This document shows, in pieces, positions 36,694 to 50,621 of a stretch of DNA of 64,000 bases. The translations under genes were made by a program, and so were the position numbers. Source of the DNA: Octopus sinensis (lineage: Eukaryota). The stretch spans positions 13,826,001-13,890,000 of the forward strand of contig NC_043003.1 in NCBI RefSeq assembly GCF_006345805.1, given 5' to 3'. The notes beneath the pieces were generated by a model, which had not been told where the DNA came from, ran no database searches, and saw only the letters and a program-made list of their open reading frames with translations. Every line of letters begins with the position of its first letter. Position 1 is the stretch's first letter.

Positions 36694-36719
36694 GCCAGTC
36701 CACTTATGTATACCTTTCC

Positions 36720-37128
36720 TCCTTGGGACACAAAACTCTGCTTGCAAAGACCCGTTGAGGCAAGCAAAATCGAAATCGATCAAAAATCAATGGAAATTGT
36801 AGTTGTGATACCAGTGCCGGTGGCACGTAAAAAGATCCATCCGAACGTGGCCGTTGCCAGCGCCACCTCGACTGGCCTCTGTGCCAGTGGCACATAAAAG
36901 CACCAACCGATCGTGGCCATTGCCAGCCTCGCCTGGCACCTGTGCCGGTGGCACGTAAAAAACACCCACTGCACTCACGGAGTGGTTGGCATTAGGAAGG
37001 GCATCCAGCTGTAAAAACTCTGCCAGATCAGATTGGAGTCTGGTGCAGCCATCTGGTTTGCCAGACCTCAGTCAAATCGTCCAACCCATGCTAGCATGGA
37101 AAGTGGACGTTAAACGATGATGATGATA
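36720..37128 (+). mobile_element. Family C element, longer form
   Basis: Same internal repeats and tail, with extra 5' sequence. Confidence 0.85.
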
Positions 37129-37274
37129 ATGATTACAGGATAACTTCAAATCAAATAATTAATAATAAAAGAGAACATACATATACATTTGCTCCTGAGG
37201 CTTGGGAGTGGTTCTCTAGCCCAAGAATTTGTCTTTTAGTTGGACTTAATACCATGAACAAAAGGAAAGCACGA

Positions 37275-37496
37275 CATGATATTGGTTTCGAATTTTGGCA
37301 CGAGGCCAGCACTTACAGGTGATGAGAGTAAGTCGATTACATCAACCCCAGTATTCAGCTGGTATTTGTTTTATCCTCCCGAAATGGATGAAAGGCAAAG
37401 CTGCCCTCAGTGGAAGTTGAACTCGGAATGTAAAAACAGAAAAAATGTCAATAAGTATTTTGCTAGGCACAGTAACGATACAGGCAGCTTGTCGCC
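37275..37496 (-). mobile_element. SINE family A (tail type 2)
   Basis: GGCACGAGGCCAGC...GTCGATTACATCAACCCC...GAACTCGG. Confidence 0.7.
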
Positions 37497-37724
37497 TTAA
37501 CCTCTTAGCATTTAGACTTGTCATAGCCAGCTCAAATATTCTACAAGTTTTAAGCTGAAACCAGCTAGATCTAACCTCTCACACCTATCCTGCAATTTCA
37601 CTCTAAAAACAAACAATCATATAATCAAAATGTCAAAGCCATGAGACACTGCATAATTTATTCAAAATAATGTGAGTCAACAAGCATTATATTCGACGGA
37701 TTAATCTGAACGCTAAAGGGTTAA
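37497..37724 (+). mobile_element. piggyBac-like MITE family M1, 228 bp
   Basis: TTAACCTCTTAGCA...CGCTAAAGGGTTAA; same length as the 14040-14267 copy. Confidence 0.8.
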
Positions 37725-38756
37725 AAACGCAACATGATATTAGACAAACAATATCCATGATACAGAAATGTAACGCAATGACTGCACAATATCAACAAAC
37801 TCTTATGGGGGTACAAGGTAAAAGAAAACTTTGCATGTAGTGTTACCTCAGCTAATCGCATCATTTCCTTTATCTGTCTCTTTTATTCCTTGTTCCTGTG
37901 TTCCAACACATCTACGCTATCAAATAACAAACATTCGATATTAGCCGATGCCTCGCGAAACGATCGAGGCTACATTTTTGGTATGGTGCAGCTAACTGGC
38001 AACTGCATTCCATTTTCTGCATATATGTGCAATGTGGTATTTAATGCCAGAGCAGGGGAGGGGTCAGGGGGCACGGGGGATGGGGGGGTGCTGAACGAAA
38101 GGCAGAGAAACAAAACGGAAAGGTTTTAGAACAAAAATATCAGATAACACAGCAGTTATAGGAAAGTGTCCGAGGATAACAAAAACTGACATCCCTCAAC
38201 TTTGCTTTATAACACCACATTATAACGATAACGATAACAATAACTTTGCCTTCCTCTCTTTCTCTCTTCTTAATATAACATTTGCATAGAAATTTGAATT
38301 TATATTTAACATTTTAAATGTGGCGAAAATTTAATTTGCAGCACACCTTCAATCCAATGGATTTAAAACCAGATCATTAATATTCATGTGTATTACAAGC
38401 GAAAGCCACACCATCATAAGGCTGTTACGCATGACTTGTTAATAACAAGCCCTTCGACAATGCTCTTGCTAACTTTGGCTTGCTTGCTACACAGATCTAA
38501 TCTAGCATTCGTTGTTGCCTTACACTCCAGTTGCAGTCATTAAGGAATAAATAAAAAGTGAGGAAATGAGAATTTTCACAACGCTCATCTGTGTGTGTGT
38601 GTATGGGTGTGTGAGAGTGTGTGCGTGTGTATACACACAAACATATACATACACATTACATAGACACATACATAGATGATAAACAATGAAGATGATGACA
38701 CATACATGTACATACAAATACATATATACACATATACATATTTATATGCATATGTC

Positions 38757-38788
<32 letters not shown>

Positions 38789-39069
38789 GTAAAAACACAC
38801 AAATACATACATATCCTCATCATATATACACATAGACATATTTATATATATATATATTTATGCTAGCATGGAAAGCAGATGTTAAACGATGATGATGATG
38901 TTTATATATATATATATATATATAAACACACAAATACATACATATCCTCAGCATCGTTTAGCAGCCATTTTCCATGCTAGCATGGGTAAAATGGTTTGAC
39001 TGGGGCTGGTAAGCCAGAGATATACACTAGGCGGCAGTCTGTTTTGGCTTGGTTTCTGCATATGTATAT

Positions 39070-39452
39070 AGGCACAGGTGTGGCTGTGTGGTAAGAAGCT
39101 TGCTTACCAACTAAATGGTTCTGGGTTCAGTCCCACTGCTCAGCACCTTGGGCAAGAGTTTTCAACTATAGCTTTGGGCCAATCAAAACCTTGTGAGTGG
39201 ATTTGGTAGACGGAAACTGAAAGAAGCCTATCGTATATGTGTATGTGTGTGTATTTGTGTGTCTGTGTTTGTCCCCCCAACATCGCTTGACAACCAGTGT
39301 AGGTGTATTTACGTCCCTGTAACTTAGCAGTTCGGCAAAGCGACCCGATAGAATAAGTACTGGGCTTACAAAGAATAAGTCCTGGTGTTGATTTGTTTAT
39401 CTAAAGGTAGTGCCCCAGCATGGCTGCAGTCAAATGACCAAAACAAGTAAAA
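39070..39452 (+). mobile_element. SINE family B, full length
   Basis: Head, CORE-like block and tail all present. Confidence 0.85.
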
Positions 39453-39521
39453 AAAAGAACAGAATAGATATATACATACACATATGTATACACACATACA
39501 CACATATATAAATACATATGA

Positions 39522-39750
39522 AGGTGGCGAGCTGGCAGAAACGTTAGCACGCCGAGCGAAATGCTACCCGGTATTTCGTCTGCCGTTACGTTTGAGTTCA
39601 AATTCCACCAAGGTCGACTTTGCCTTTCATCCTTTCGGGGTCGATAAATAAAGTACCAGTTTTGCACTGGGGTCGATATAATCGACTTAATCCCTTTGTC
39701 TGTCTTTGTTTGTCCCCTCTATGTTTAGTCCCTTGTGGGCAATAAAGAAA
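39522..39750 (+). mobile_element. SINE family A, full length
   Basis: GGTGGCGAGCTGGCAGAAACGTTAGCACGCC...AATAAAGAAA. Confidence 0.9.
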
Positions 39751-39811
39751 GATATATATAAATACCTATGTACACACACACAAATACATACATATATACA
39801 TACATATATAT

Positions 39812-39990
39812 AGTTAATCCAAACAAGAAAGCACAAAAAAACACAATGTGAGGACGTGGAACAAATATAGTATTATTGGACGCTCAGGAAAGAAGGAAAG
39901 AAGGAGGGTTTAATGTTTCGAGCGGAGTTCTTCGTCGGAAACATAGGAGAAGGAAAGATCCAGAGAAGGGAAGACGGAGGAAAAAAATTG
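39812..39990 (-). mobile_element. Penelope-like remnant (family P2) with HHR-like motif at about 39908-39943
   Basis: Minus strand GTTT CCGACGA A GAAC-TCC-GCTC GAAA CA T T AAAC; shares TCCTGAGCGT...TAATAC with family P1. Confidence 0.5.
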
Positions 39991-40018
39991 CCAACGGTAC
40001 ACACAAGGACACATTTTG

Positions 40019-40100
<82 letters not shown>

Positions 40101-40794
40101 CACACACACAGATACACACATAAGCACACAGCACAACAAAAATACAAGACTGCCTGATAGTTGAAAATGAGAACGCTCCATCCATAACACTTGAAGAAGA
40201 TGTAGTAATAAGACGACATATTTTAAAGATGACAAGAGTTGACAAAAAGCAAGAAAGGAACCCGGTGAAGAAAGATGGAAACAAATAAATAAAACAAAAC
40301 ATAACAAACCCCAGAACAATAACACAACTAAAAAAAAAAATTAGTAATTTTTCAATTTTGGCAATCATTTTGCAATTTCCAGGATATTTTTGAAGGCGTT
40401 TGAGCACACAGAAAGCTTTCTGTTTCAATGTGACAAAGTGTCTTCATAAAGTCAATTAGAAAATGCAAAAGTAACACAATTGTGTTGACGGAGGGAAAAA
40501 ACTATATATGAAAATTACAATATTAACAACTATTAACCAAAGAACATAATTATTGAATGCACTATATCAAGGGTGTCAACATAACATGAGAGGCATATAT
40601 ATATATACACACACATACACACATGCATACATATACACAAACATATATACATACTTACATAATCACACACACACACATATATACATACAAACATACATAT
40701 ACACAAACATACACAGATACATACATATATATATATAGACACACAAACACATATATATATAAACAAACAATACATATATATCCACACAATACCT

Positions 40795-40835
<41 letters not shown>

Positions 40836-40844
40836 CATACACAC

Positions 40845-40908
<64 letters not shown>

Positions 40909-41562
40909 ATACATATATATATATATACATATCCACACACAAAACACACAGACATATAATATATATATACACACACACAAACACACACACACATATATAT
41001 ATATATATTTTAAACTGAGTGTCAACTTAATACATTCACTGTGTACATCTTTTCGATTTTTCTTGTTTTTGTTTTAATTTCGACTTGCATACACACACAT
41101 ATATGTATGTATATATGTATATACATGCATACATGCACATACATATTATGGAGATGTAAGGCAAATGTTTTGCACTTTAGATCTTGTGTTGTAACTAAAA
41201 CTACTGCAACATGGAAGACACAAGTTTGCAATTGAGAAACATACAAAGACTGTCAACTTCTTTCAAACATTTATAGTTTGTAATATGGTGTCAAAAATTA
41301 TTCATATATATATATATTGCTCTTAGCTTAGTTTTTCCTTGGGGCTGGCCAGATTGGAACAATCTCAAGAATAATCAGCCGAAATTGTGAGGATAATCTG
41401 ATGCTTGACTTAGGAAAGAAAATTTCGAATGACCCGTCCTTGTTTTCTTTGTATCGTCTATCTGGATGTTTTGTTGCCCCTTTTTGTATCACCTAGGTGT
41501 CCGGATGTTTTGCGTTCTTGTCTCATTTTGTATTTTATATATGTGTATATATATATATAGGT

Positions 41563-41700
41563 TATCATTAAGCTAGTGTTAGGAACATAAATTGAGACTA
41601 AAGTTTGGTGGAAGATTTTAATTCAGAACTTTTGAATGGTAATACATTTGTACTACAAAGCCAGAGGCAGTTTCAGCTGGGTTGGTATCAAAAGGGTTAA
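41563..41700 (+). mobile_element. MITE family M2, 3' half
   Basis: Ends GGGTTGGTATCAAAAGGGTTAA; body similar to 1204-2138. Confidence 0.7.
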
Positions 41701-41742
41701 ACATTTACTGTTTGTAATTTGGTGTAAAAAATTTATATATAT

Positions 41743-42070
41743 AGGCGTAGGAGTGGCTGTGTGGTGAGTAGCTTGCTTACCAACCACATGGTTCCGGGTT
41801 CAGTCCCACTGTGTGGCACCTTGGGCATGTGTCTTCTACTATAGCCTCGGGCCGACCAAGCCTTGTGAGTGAATTCGGAAGATGGAAACTGAAAGAAGCC
41901 TCTCATATATAAATGTGTGTGTGTGTGTGTGTGGGTGTGTGTACAAAACAGATACAATAAATACCAGACTTCAAAAAAGAAAAAAAAAACGCGAGTCGAT
42001 TCATTTGACTAAAATACTTCAAGGCGGTGCTCCAGCATGGTCACAGTCCAATGACTGAAACAAGTAAAAG
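41743..42070 (+). mobile_element. SINE family B
   Basis: GGCGTAGGAGTGGCTGTGTGG...GGCACCTTGGGCATGTGTCTTC...GACTGAAACAAGTAAAAG. Confidence 0.85.
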
Positions 42071-42123
42071 ATGCAAGATATATGTTGTGTGTATAAATAT
42101 ATATATATAGCATATATATGTGT

Positions 42124-42154
<31 letters not shown>

Positions 42155-43649
42155 ATATATATGTATGTATGTATACACACCACAACAATGGACACCCTCA
42201 CAGTTTCCATGTACCTAATTCACTTAGTCATCACATCATTGATTGGCCTAGGGCTATAATTAAAAGATACTTGCCCAAGGTGCCACGAAGTGGAACTGAC
42301 CTTGAAAGCCATGTGGTTGCGGGCACGTGCTTCTTAACCACTCAGCTACTGTGTGTATGCCTTTTTTTTCTTCCTTTCTTTTTTTATAAGATTGCTTCTC
42401 CCATGAAACCAGAGCAAAAGCACTGCTCTTTACAAGCAACCCCACCTTTTGAGCTCGACTATAAAGGGGAGAACAAAACCAACAAACAAAACAAATTAAT
42501 AAACAAACAAAAACCTCGCTATCTTTGAAGCTAATTGCTAAAATCAATATGATATTAATTACTTGAGGTGATCATTGTTGCAGAATAGAAGCCCTCTGAT
42601 GAGCTTAGTTTGTTTGCTTGTTGCTGTTCCTAACAAGCTATCTCTCGATAACGAATCAATGTTTTCCTTTTTGCCTTTTTTTTTTTCAAGCTGCTTTTAC
42701 AGCTGTTTATTTATTAATATACGTTCCTAACGCAAACACAGGGCCATAGATTTTGAGGAAGGTATGTAATTAAAATGACCTCAATACATGGTTGGTGTGT
42801 TATTTCTAATTTAGTCCAGGATCAGGTTCGATCAAGTTGACCTATGGTTAAAGGGTATTTCAGCAGTGAGTGTCTTTTTTTTTTTTTCTATTCAGATATT
42901 GTCTAATCCCTCCGTTTCTTCTTCTTCTTCGCCTTTTTTTTTTTTTTTTACATCTCTTTGAATGCAGAAAGGGGATACATCCACTCAAAATTTTATTACC
43001 ATTTGACTGTGGAAAGTGGTTTTAGCCCACAGCTTTGAAAAGAAAAAAAATTTTTTTTTCAAACCCTCTCCTAATGCTGTGAGAAGCAGAGACATCCCCA
43101 GTAACACTTCAAAAAGAAAATTTTTCAGATTCTCTCAATTTGTTCACAACCATCAGAACATGAAACAGTCCTCATGAACGCAGGTTAATGAGACGGTTGT
43201 GATCTGTAAACAGTTTTGAATAGGAACCGGACAGAAAAGTATGAACACACAATGTACATGTGCACACTGGATTCATAAAACGGAAGAGAAGAATAAATAC
43301 ACAATGCGCATGTCAAGCAAGTTACATGGTGGTCTGCATGCCACGCCTGGCACCACTATCATACAGCTTTGCTGAAATTTCCTTCTTTCACATACTTCAC
43401 CAGATATCTCTTTACAGAGCAAGCATCAAATACTTTTAGTGGTAAATATGAAAAGTGCCCCTAGAGCAGATACTGAAAATGTATTGCAGTTCTTCTGCAT
43501 ATTCTCTGTACTGTTCATGCAGTTTTGGTTACTTTTTCTGATGTGTTGTAGTGCATCTGAGAACAGTGTATATAAGTTTATCATATATAAGTAGAAAATA
43601 TCAATTCTGTTTTTTTGTTTTTTTAGTAAACTGACATCATTACAGGAAT

Positions 43650-43842
43650 CATCATCATCATCATCATCATCTAACGTCCGTTTTCCATGCTAGCACGGGT
43701 TGGACGGTTCGACCGGGGTCTGGGAAGCCAGGAGGCTGCACCAGGCCCCAATCTGATCTGGCAGTGTTTCTACAGCTGGATGCCCTTCCTAACGCCAACC
43801 ACTCCGTGAGTGTAGTGGGTGCTTTTTACGTGCCACCGGCAT
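43650..43842 (-). mobile_element. Family C element
   Basis: (CAT)n...GCTGGATGCCCTTCCTAACGCCAACC. Confidence 0.85.
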
Positions 43843-43921
43843 AGTACACAGTCAAAGAGTTAAAGATGTTAGGGGTAATTCATTGGAGATTTGATGACAA
43901 TGTCTAGCAGGCTGAACAACC

Positions 43922-43980
<59 letters not shown>

Positions 43981-43983
<3 letters not shown>

Positions 43984-44197
43984 TTATGCCCACAGTGGTC
44001 TAAACACAGAGGGGACAAACAAGGACAAAGGGCTTAAGTCACATCGACCCAGTGTGTAACTGGTACTTAATTTATCAACCCCCGAAAGGCTGAAAGACAA
44101 AGTCAACCTTGGTGGAATTTGAACTCAGAACATTAAAACAGATGAAATACCGCTAAGCATTTTGCCCGGCGTGCTAACGTTTCTGCCAGCTCGCCGC
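43981..44197 (-). mobile_element. SINE family A
   Basis: Ends ...CTGCCAGCTCGCCGCC on the plus strand. Confidence 0.85.
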
Positions 44198-44607
44198 CTG
44201 TATAGGCAGCACATTGTTATTGTTGCCATTATCACTATCATCATGATTTTAACATATACTTTTCCACGTTTGCATGGTTTGGACAAAGTTTACTGCTATG
44301 AGCAAGTGTCTTCTGCAAGAGACTCAGGCAGACCAAAGCCTTGCAAGTTGATTTGGTAGACAGAAACTGAAAGAAGCTTGTATATCATCATCATCACTTA
44401 ACATCCACTTTCCACGCTGGCATGGGTTGGACGGTTTGACTGAGGACAGGCGAACCAGATGGCTGCACCAGGCTCCAATTTGATCTGGCAATGCTTCTAC
44501 GGCTGGATGCTCTTCCTAACACCAACCACTCCAAGAGTATAGTGGGTATTTTTATGCACCACTGGCACATGAGCCAGTCAGGGGGCACTGGTATTGACCA
44601 CATACAA

Positions 44608-44838
44608 GGCAGTGAGCTGGCAGAAACGTTAGCATGCCGGGCAAAATGCTTTGTGGTATTTCGTCTGCTGTAACATTCTGAGTTCAAATTCCACTGAGGT
44701 CAACTTTGCTTTTCATCCTTTCGGGGTCGATAAATTAAGTACCAGTTACACACTGGGGTCGATATAATTGACTTAATCCGTCTGTCTGTCCTTGTTTGTC
44801 TCCTCTGTGTTTAGCCCCTTGAGGGTAGTAAAGAAATA
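44608..44838 (+). mobile_element. SINE family A with 18-bp TSD, at the edge of a family C copy (44385-44589)
   Basis: GGTATTGACCACATACAA at 44590-44607 and 44839-44856. Confidence 0.92.
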
Positions 44839-44945
44839 GGTATTGACCACATACAATTTAAACTAGCTATATCTATTTCATTTCATTTCATTTAGTTTCA
44901 GATCATGAGCTATGGCCATGCTGGGGCAGTCAAAAATCTTCCACC

Positions 44946-45122
44946 TGTTTAATGTTCAAATTGGCCAGATCTGACCTCTCAGGCCTTCCTAGCAATGTTA
45001 TTCAAAACAAAAACAATCCCATCATTGAAATCTCAAAATGACGAGATAATGCATGATTAATTAAAATCAATATGAATGAGCATGCATTGCATTCAACAGA
45101 ATAATCTGAATGCTAGAGGGCA
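44946..45122 (+). mobile_element. MITE family M1, partial
   Basis: GGCCAGATCTGACCTCTC...GAGATAATGCATGATTAA...AATCTGAATGCTAGAGGG. Confidence 0.65.
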
Positions 45123-45386
45123 AAAAGGTCCCTTACTTATGCTGTTCCTCAACCCCTACACTATTTTGCACCCCCCACCGCACCTTTGTAACCCGTCTCC
45201 ATACAATGCTATAGCAACTTCAGTCAATAGTTTGAAGTTCAGCTGGAAACAAGTTGCTAGGAGAATTTATTGACAAATAATTCCATGTGCCTGGAACCTT
45301 CTTCTGACTAAACTAGCTGCATATACAGTTGCTACATGTTAACATGTATTAATCCCTACCTCACTGCCAACAAACGCACACACTTA

Positions 45387-45427
<41 letters not shown>

Positions 45428-45821
45428 CACACACATGCAAAGACCATCAAAATTTTTTTTTATTAGATATTCTTTGTTCAGAAGGAGAGGAATTGGGATT
45501 AGGTATGAAAATGGTGTAAAGGATCTATTTTTTTTATTTGTTACAGACATAGGACTGTGGGGCCATGCTGAGGCAATATCAACCCCCACTGCTAAGGTTT
45601 ATTTTTGTCTTTCTGGTACTACTTTTATCAGTCATTTTGTCAAATCATTAAGTTAAGGGGACATAAACAAACCAATCCTGGTTGTCAGTGAGGATGAGGA
45701 AGATGGAGAAGGAAAAGATAGACACAAAGACAAACACACAGTCACATTCCAAAACATGACATTTTTTTATTATTACTATTATTATTATTATTATTATTAA
45801 TATTATTATTATTATTAAGTG

Positions 45822-46030
45822 AAGGCAACAAGCTGGCAGAATCATTAGCATGCTGAGTGAAATGCTTCGCGGTATTTCGTCTGTCTTTACATTCTGAGTT
45901 CAAATACCGCTGAGGCTGACCTTGCCTCCTTTCAGGGTCGATTAAATAAGTACCAGTTACACACTGAGGTCAATGTAATCGACTTAATCCCTTCCCCCAA
46001 ATATGAGGCCTTGTGCTTCCTGTAGAAAGG
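45822..46030 (+). mobile_element. SINE family A (tail type 2)
   Basis: GCTGGCAGAATCATTAGCA...GAGTTCAAATACC...GGCCTTGTG. Confidence 0.8.
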
Positions 46031-46084
46031 ATTATTATTATCATTATTATTATTATTATATTATTATTATTATTCAATTTTAGA

Positions 46085-46416
46085 AAAGCTGAACATGCCT
46101 TTGACACTTCTGAAGTGTATTGAACTTTTTTTGAACATGACTTTGGCCCACTCTGTATATATATAGTTCCTCAACAGTTACAGTGGGATTTTGTTCTGCC
46201 AGGGTTAGCAGGATGTCCTTGTTGAGCTCTACAGATTTTTCAGGATGAGGCTCATCTTCAAGGCTGTAGTTTCCGGAACCGCCTTTAACACTGGCTTACA
46301 CTTATCATCCGATCCCTATATACTGCATAAATATTCCTCACGATTTCCGTTGCATTGTTACCTTTATTGAACTCTTAAAGCAAAATATGCCAAATATGCT
46401 CCTTTGTCACTCCCAT
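46085..46416 (-). pseudogene. Decayed mariner (Tc1/mariner) transposase N-terminus
   Basis: Minus strand from ATG at 46416: MGVTKEHIWHILL*EFNKGNNATEIVRNIYAVY...; after a frameshift GNYSLEDEPHPEKSVELNKDILLTLAEQNPTVTVEEL, matching the mariner HTH and LEDEPRxGRP region; stops present. Confidence 0.8.
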
Positions 46417-47419
46417 TATAGCTTCTAAAAAATAACTATTAAAATTGAACTGCACTCTTCAAATCTTGCACTAAGAATAAGTACAAGGTAAAATTACTAC
46501 CTGCTTTTATAGTAAGTTGATACAGGTATTTTATCCCGTCCCCCGCTAACTTTTATTTCATGCAACTCAAAGACACCACATTATTTATGGGATGACCCTT
46601 TCTTTTTACAGTACCAACTGGGAGATCCAATTTGAACAGAAGAAAATAATGGTATATCAGTTTCACCACCAGCGCCGGCACCTAACCATCAGTGATTTTT
46701 AGATCATATCCATGGCGCTGGATAAATAATGCAGCTTAGAGGTAAATGGTAATGAAGGGTGGTGCGCATATATATATATGTATGTATAAACCAAAGAAAG
46801 GGGAGAAACATGGAAGAATACAGTATTAAAATTTGGAAATCTTTGGAAAGAAGACAGTATAAGAGAGAGGGAGCGCCAAAATATGGAAAATTACTATTTC
46901 AGCTGGGTCTCATTTTAATTATGGTAATCCTATTCTAATACATAATAAATTGTCAGCTTTATTTCATTTGTGACCCTTCTAAGGTCAGGTTCTATTGCAA
47001 TGTTCAAAGATGACTTATTGATCTTTTGCGAGCAACAAAAATCAAATCCATTCTGTGATCAAAGCTAATGGTTTTAAAACCTGATGAATATGCTTCGGCA
47101 AGTTGATGTGTGAGAAACATAATTCTAGCGAATCGCTTAGATCTTGTCGGAATAAATATCGCATCAGGTATGACATATTAAGCCAGTCTTGCTGAACCAG
47201 CTGAAGGATCTTTTGAAGATTGATTTAACTCATTGAACCCTGTATGAACCGTGACCCCCATCCCCCATCACTGCCACCACCACTATGTGCATACATACAC
47301 ACGCATCCACACCCACCCACACACATTATAAGATCCTGACGAAAATGAAAAAAACATTAAAATTAAAGTCATGTACACTGCCCACACTTCATGCATATAC
47401 ATCCATGCACACACACATG

Positions 47420-47470
<51 letters not shown>

Positions 47471-47514
47471 ATATACATACATATATATATATATATGTAT
47501 GTGTATATACATAC

Positions 47515-47614
<100 letters not shown>

Positions 47615-47724
47615 GTACACACATATACAGATTATGTTATTATGAACATATTAAAGAAGGTTGTTACATTGCATATATACACTTGCAAGTAAAGATATCA
47701 TGGAAAAATGGAAGTTAAGTAAAA

Positions 47725-48060
47725 TCATCATCATCATCATTTAACGTCCACTTTCCATGCTAGCATGGGTTGGACGATTTGACTGAGGGCTGGCGAACCA
47801 GATGGCTGCACCAGGCTCCAACCTCGATCTGGTAGAGTTTCTACAGCTGGATGCCCTTCCTAACGCCAACCACTCTGAGAGTGTAGTGAGTGCTTTTACG
47901 TGCCACCGGCATGAAGGCCAGTCAGGCGGTGCTAGCAACGGCTACAAAAAAAGTGTGTTTTTTTTTTACGTGTCACCTGCACAAGTGCCAGTAATGTGAC
48001 GCTGGTAACGATCACGTGCAAATGGTACTTTTTATGTGCCACCGGCACAATATATGTGTG
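47725..48060 (-). mobile_element. Family C element
   Basis: (CAT)n...GCTGGATGCCCTTCCTAACGCC...GTGCCACCGGCA. Confidence 0.85.
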
Positions 48061-48253
48061 TGTGTGTATACATACACAACAGGTTTCTTTCAGTTTCTAC
48101 CTACCAAATCCACTTACTTTGTTCAGCCTAGGGCTATGATGGAAGACACTTGGCCAAGGTGTCATGCAGTAGGACTGAACCCAAGACCACAAGGTGAGGA
48201 AGCGAGCTTCTCAACCAGCCAGGCCTGCGCATCACCATTATAGTTTAACATCA

Positions 48254-48660
48254 TAGGAGTGGCTGTGTGGTATGTAGCTTGCTCACCAACCACATGGTTC
48301 CAGGTTCAGTCCCACTGCGTGGCACCTTGGGCAAGTGTCTTCTACTATAGCCTCGGGCCAACTAAAGTCTTTTGAGTGGATTTGGTAGACGGAAACTGAA
48401 AGAAGCCCGTCGTATATATGTATATATATATATGTATATGTGTGTATATGTTTGTATGTCTGTGTTTGTACCCTCAACATCTCTTGACAACTGATGCTAG
48501 TGTGTTTATGTCCCTGTAACTTAGCAGTTCAACAAAAGAGACCGATAGAATAAGTACTAGGCTTACAAAGAATAAGTCCTGGGGTCGATTTGCTCGACTA
48601 AAGGTGGTGCTCCAGCATGGCCACAGTCAAATGACTGAAACAAGTAAAAGAGAGTAAAGA
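48254..48660 (+). mobile_element. SINE family B, full length
   Basis: Complete head, CORE-like block and tail. Confidence 0.9.
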
Positions 48661-49490
48661 GTATCTAAAATATAAACTGATGAGGATCATAAAAAGGTCT
48701 GAGATTATGCTGCAGTGCTTTAGTATATACAACATTAGCAAATGTTTCATTAAATACTAGACTTTTCCTAATTCTTTTAAAATCTTACTAACAGCACGAA
48801 TGGCTCTTCTATGTTGAGAAATAAGATTTTGCTAAAAATAAATAAATAATGAAAAAAAAAGAAAGGAAAAGTAAACAAAAAAAAAAAAAGAAGGAAGCTC
48901 GCTTTGCTTGCAAACATGTGGTTTCGGGTTTAGAGTCACAGCGTGGCACCTTGGGCAACCTGCCTAAACAAATTCTGCCCGACACATGCAGGTATGAAAA
49001 AGTGGATGTTAAACGATGACGATGGCGATGACGACGACGATGACAATGATGATGATGATAAGCTGATGTTTATAGCTTGAGTAAGAAAATATAGTAATCC
49101 ATACTATTAACAAAGAGTATTTATATGTGAATTTACACACACACACACTGATATATATATATATATATACACACATATATACATACATATATATACGTAT
49201 ATATAATCTTCATTTATTGTATTTGGAGGGGAAATCAAAGACTGTACTAAGTAGAGAATGGACTAAATTGTAATTTCTCAAAAGGAAAATTTTAGGCAAA
49301 GATGAGGAAATTAGCGAAGAGGAAGATGAAATTTTTGTTTTTGTTTTGGAGTGGGCGGCAAGGTGGGGAGGGGGCATTGATGTAAGAAGAATTAGTTGAA
49401 CGGTTCCAGGCATCTGATGATGATATTCTTGGCAAAACTCCGGTTACAATTTATGAAGTGCAGTTCACTTTGAAAGGAAAGAACAAGAGA

Positions 49491-49529
<39 letters not shown>

Positions 49530-50080
49530 AGGGAGGGGTTCGGGAATGCTTGGAGCCATCCCAAAAGGAACCAACTATATATATTTCTAAGTCAATTTAG
49601 GTGCAAAAACATATACATAAATAATTTCTCACACGTTTTGAAACCTTAAATATACTTGAAAAGTAACGAGAAGTTGTGATATTCATTAATTTCGCCGAGG
49701 AGTAATCAGCAGCATGAGATAATGAAATTCCAACTCACCGACAAACCCCCTAGATTAGAAGACCCACAGTTGTACCATGATGACCACCTTTAACAGTTAG
49801 GGCTTCGTTCTTTGGCATATGACCAAATTTGTAAAGAGAATGGATTACAAGGAATGTACTTACAACAAGAAAATATCTGGAATTGGTAATTTTACGAACT
49901 GAGAACTATAAAATATCCATTTCCTCTCTTGCTCTTTTTAACCTTTATCTGCCCCCAGAAACCATACACGTAACCCCTAAATGTAGATAATGTCAGTTAT
50001 CTCCTCCAAACCTTCTCCAAATGTTACCCACCTTTTTCCAAATTTACACCAGCCCTCTAAAATCGGCTGCCAAATTAAAC

Positions 50081-50470
50081 AGGCGCAGGAGTGGCGGTGT
50101 GGTAAGTAGCTTGCTTACCAACCACATGGTTCCGGGTTCAGTCCCACTGCGTAGCACCTTGGGCAAGTGTCTTCTACTATAGCCTCGGGCCGACCAAAGC
50201 CTTGTGAGTGGATTTGGTAGACGGAAACTGAAAGAAGCCCGTTGTGTATATGTATATGTATATATATATGTGTGTGTTTGTGCGACTGTGTTTGTCCCCC
50301 CAACTTTGCTTGACAACTGATGGTGGTGTATTTACGTCCCCGTCACTTAGCGGTTCGGCAAGAGAGACCGATAGAATGAGTACTAGGCTTACAAAAAGAA
50401 TAAGTCCAGGGGTCGATTTGCTCGACTAAAGGCGGTGCTCCAGCATGGCCGCAGTCAAATGACTGACACA
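50081..50470 (+). mobile_element. SINE family B, full length
   Basis: Complete head, CORE-like block and tail. Confidence 0.9.
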
Positions 50471-50621
50471 AATAAAAAAGCAAAAGGAAAAAAGACCAAT
50501 AACAAGTACTTACTTGCCAAACCCATCAGTTACCAAGAGATACCAGGATACAATGTATATCCTCATCGCTGCCACCACCATCATTATCATCATTATCATC
50601 ATTTCATATTCGTTTTCAATA

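Noticed and set aside
41335-41390. HHR-like GGCTG...CAGCC GAAA
   Set aside because: The stem II and GAAA match the 62 kb family, but the CUGANGA core is absent (CCTTGG); at most a dead remnant.
48672-48710. CTGATGA followed by a stem (also 19452, 33955 minus, 42596, 47082)
   Set aside because: No correctly placed GAAA and no stem I/III pairing; expected by chance.
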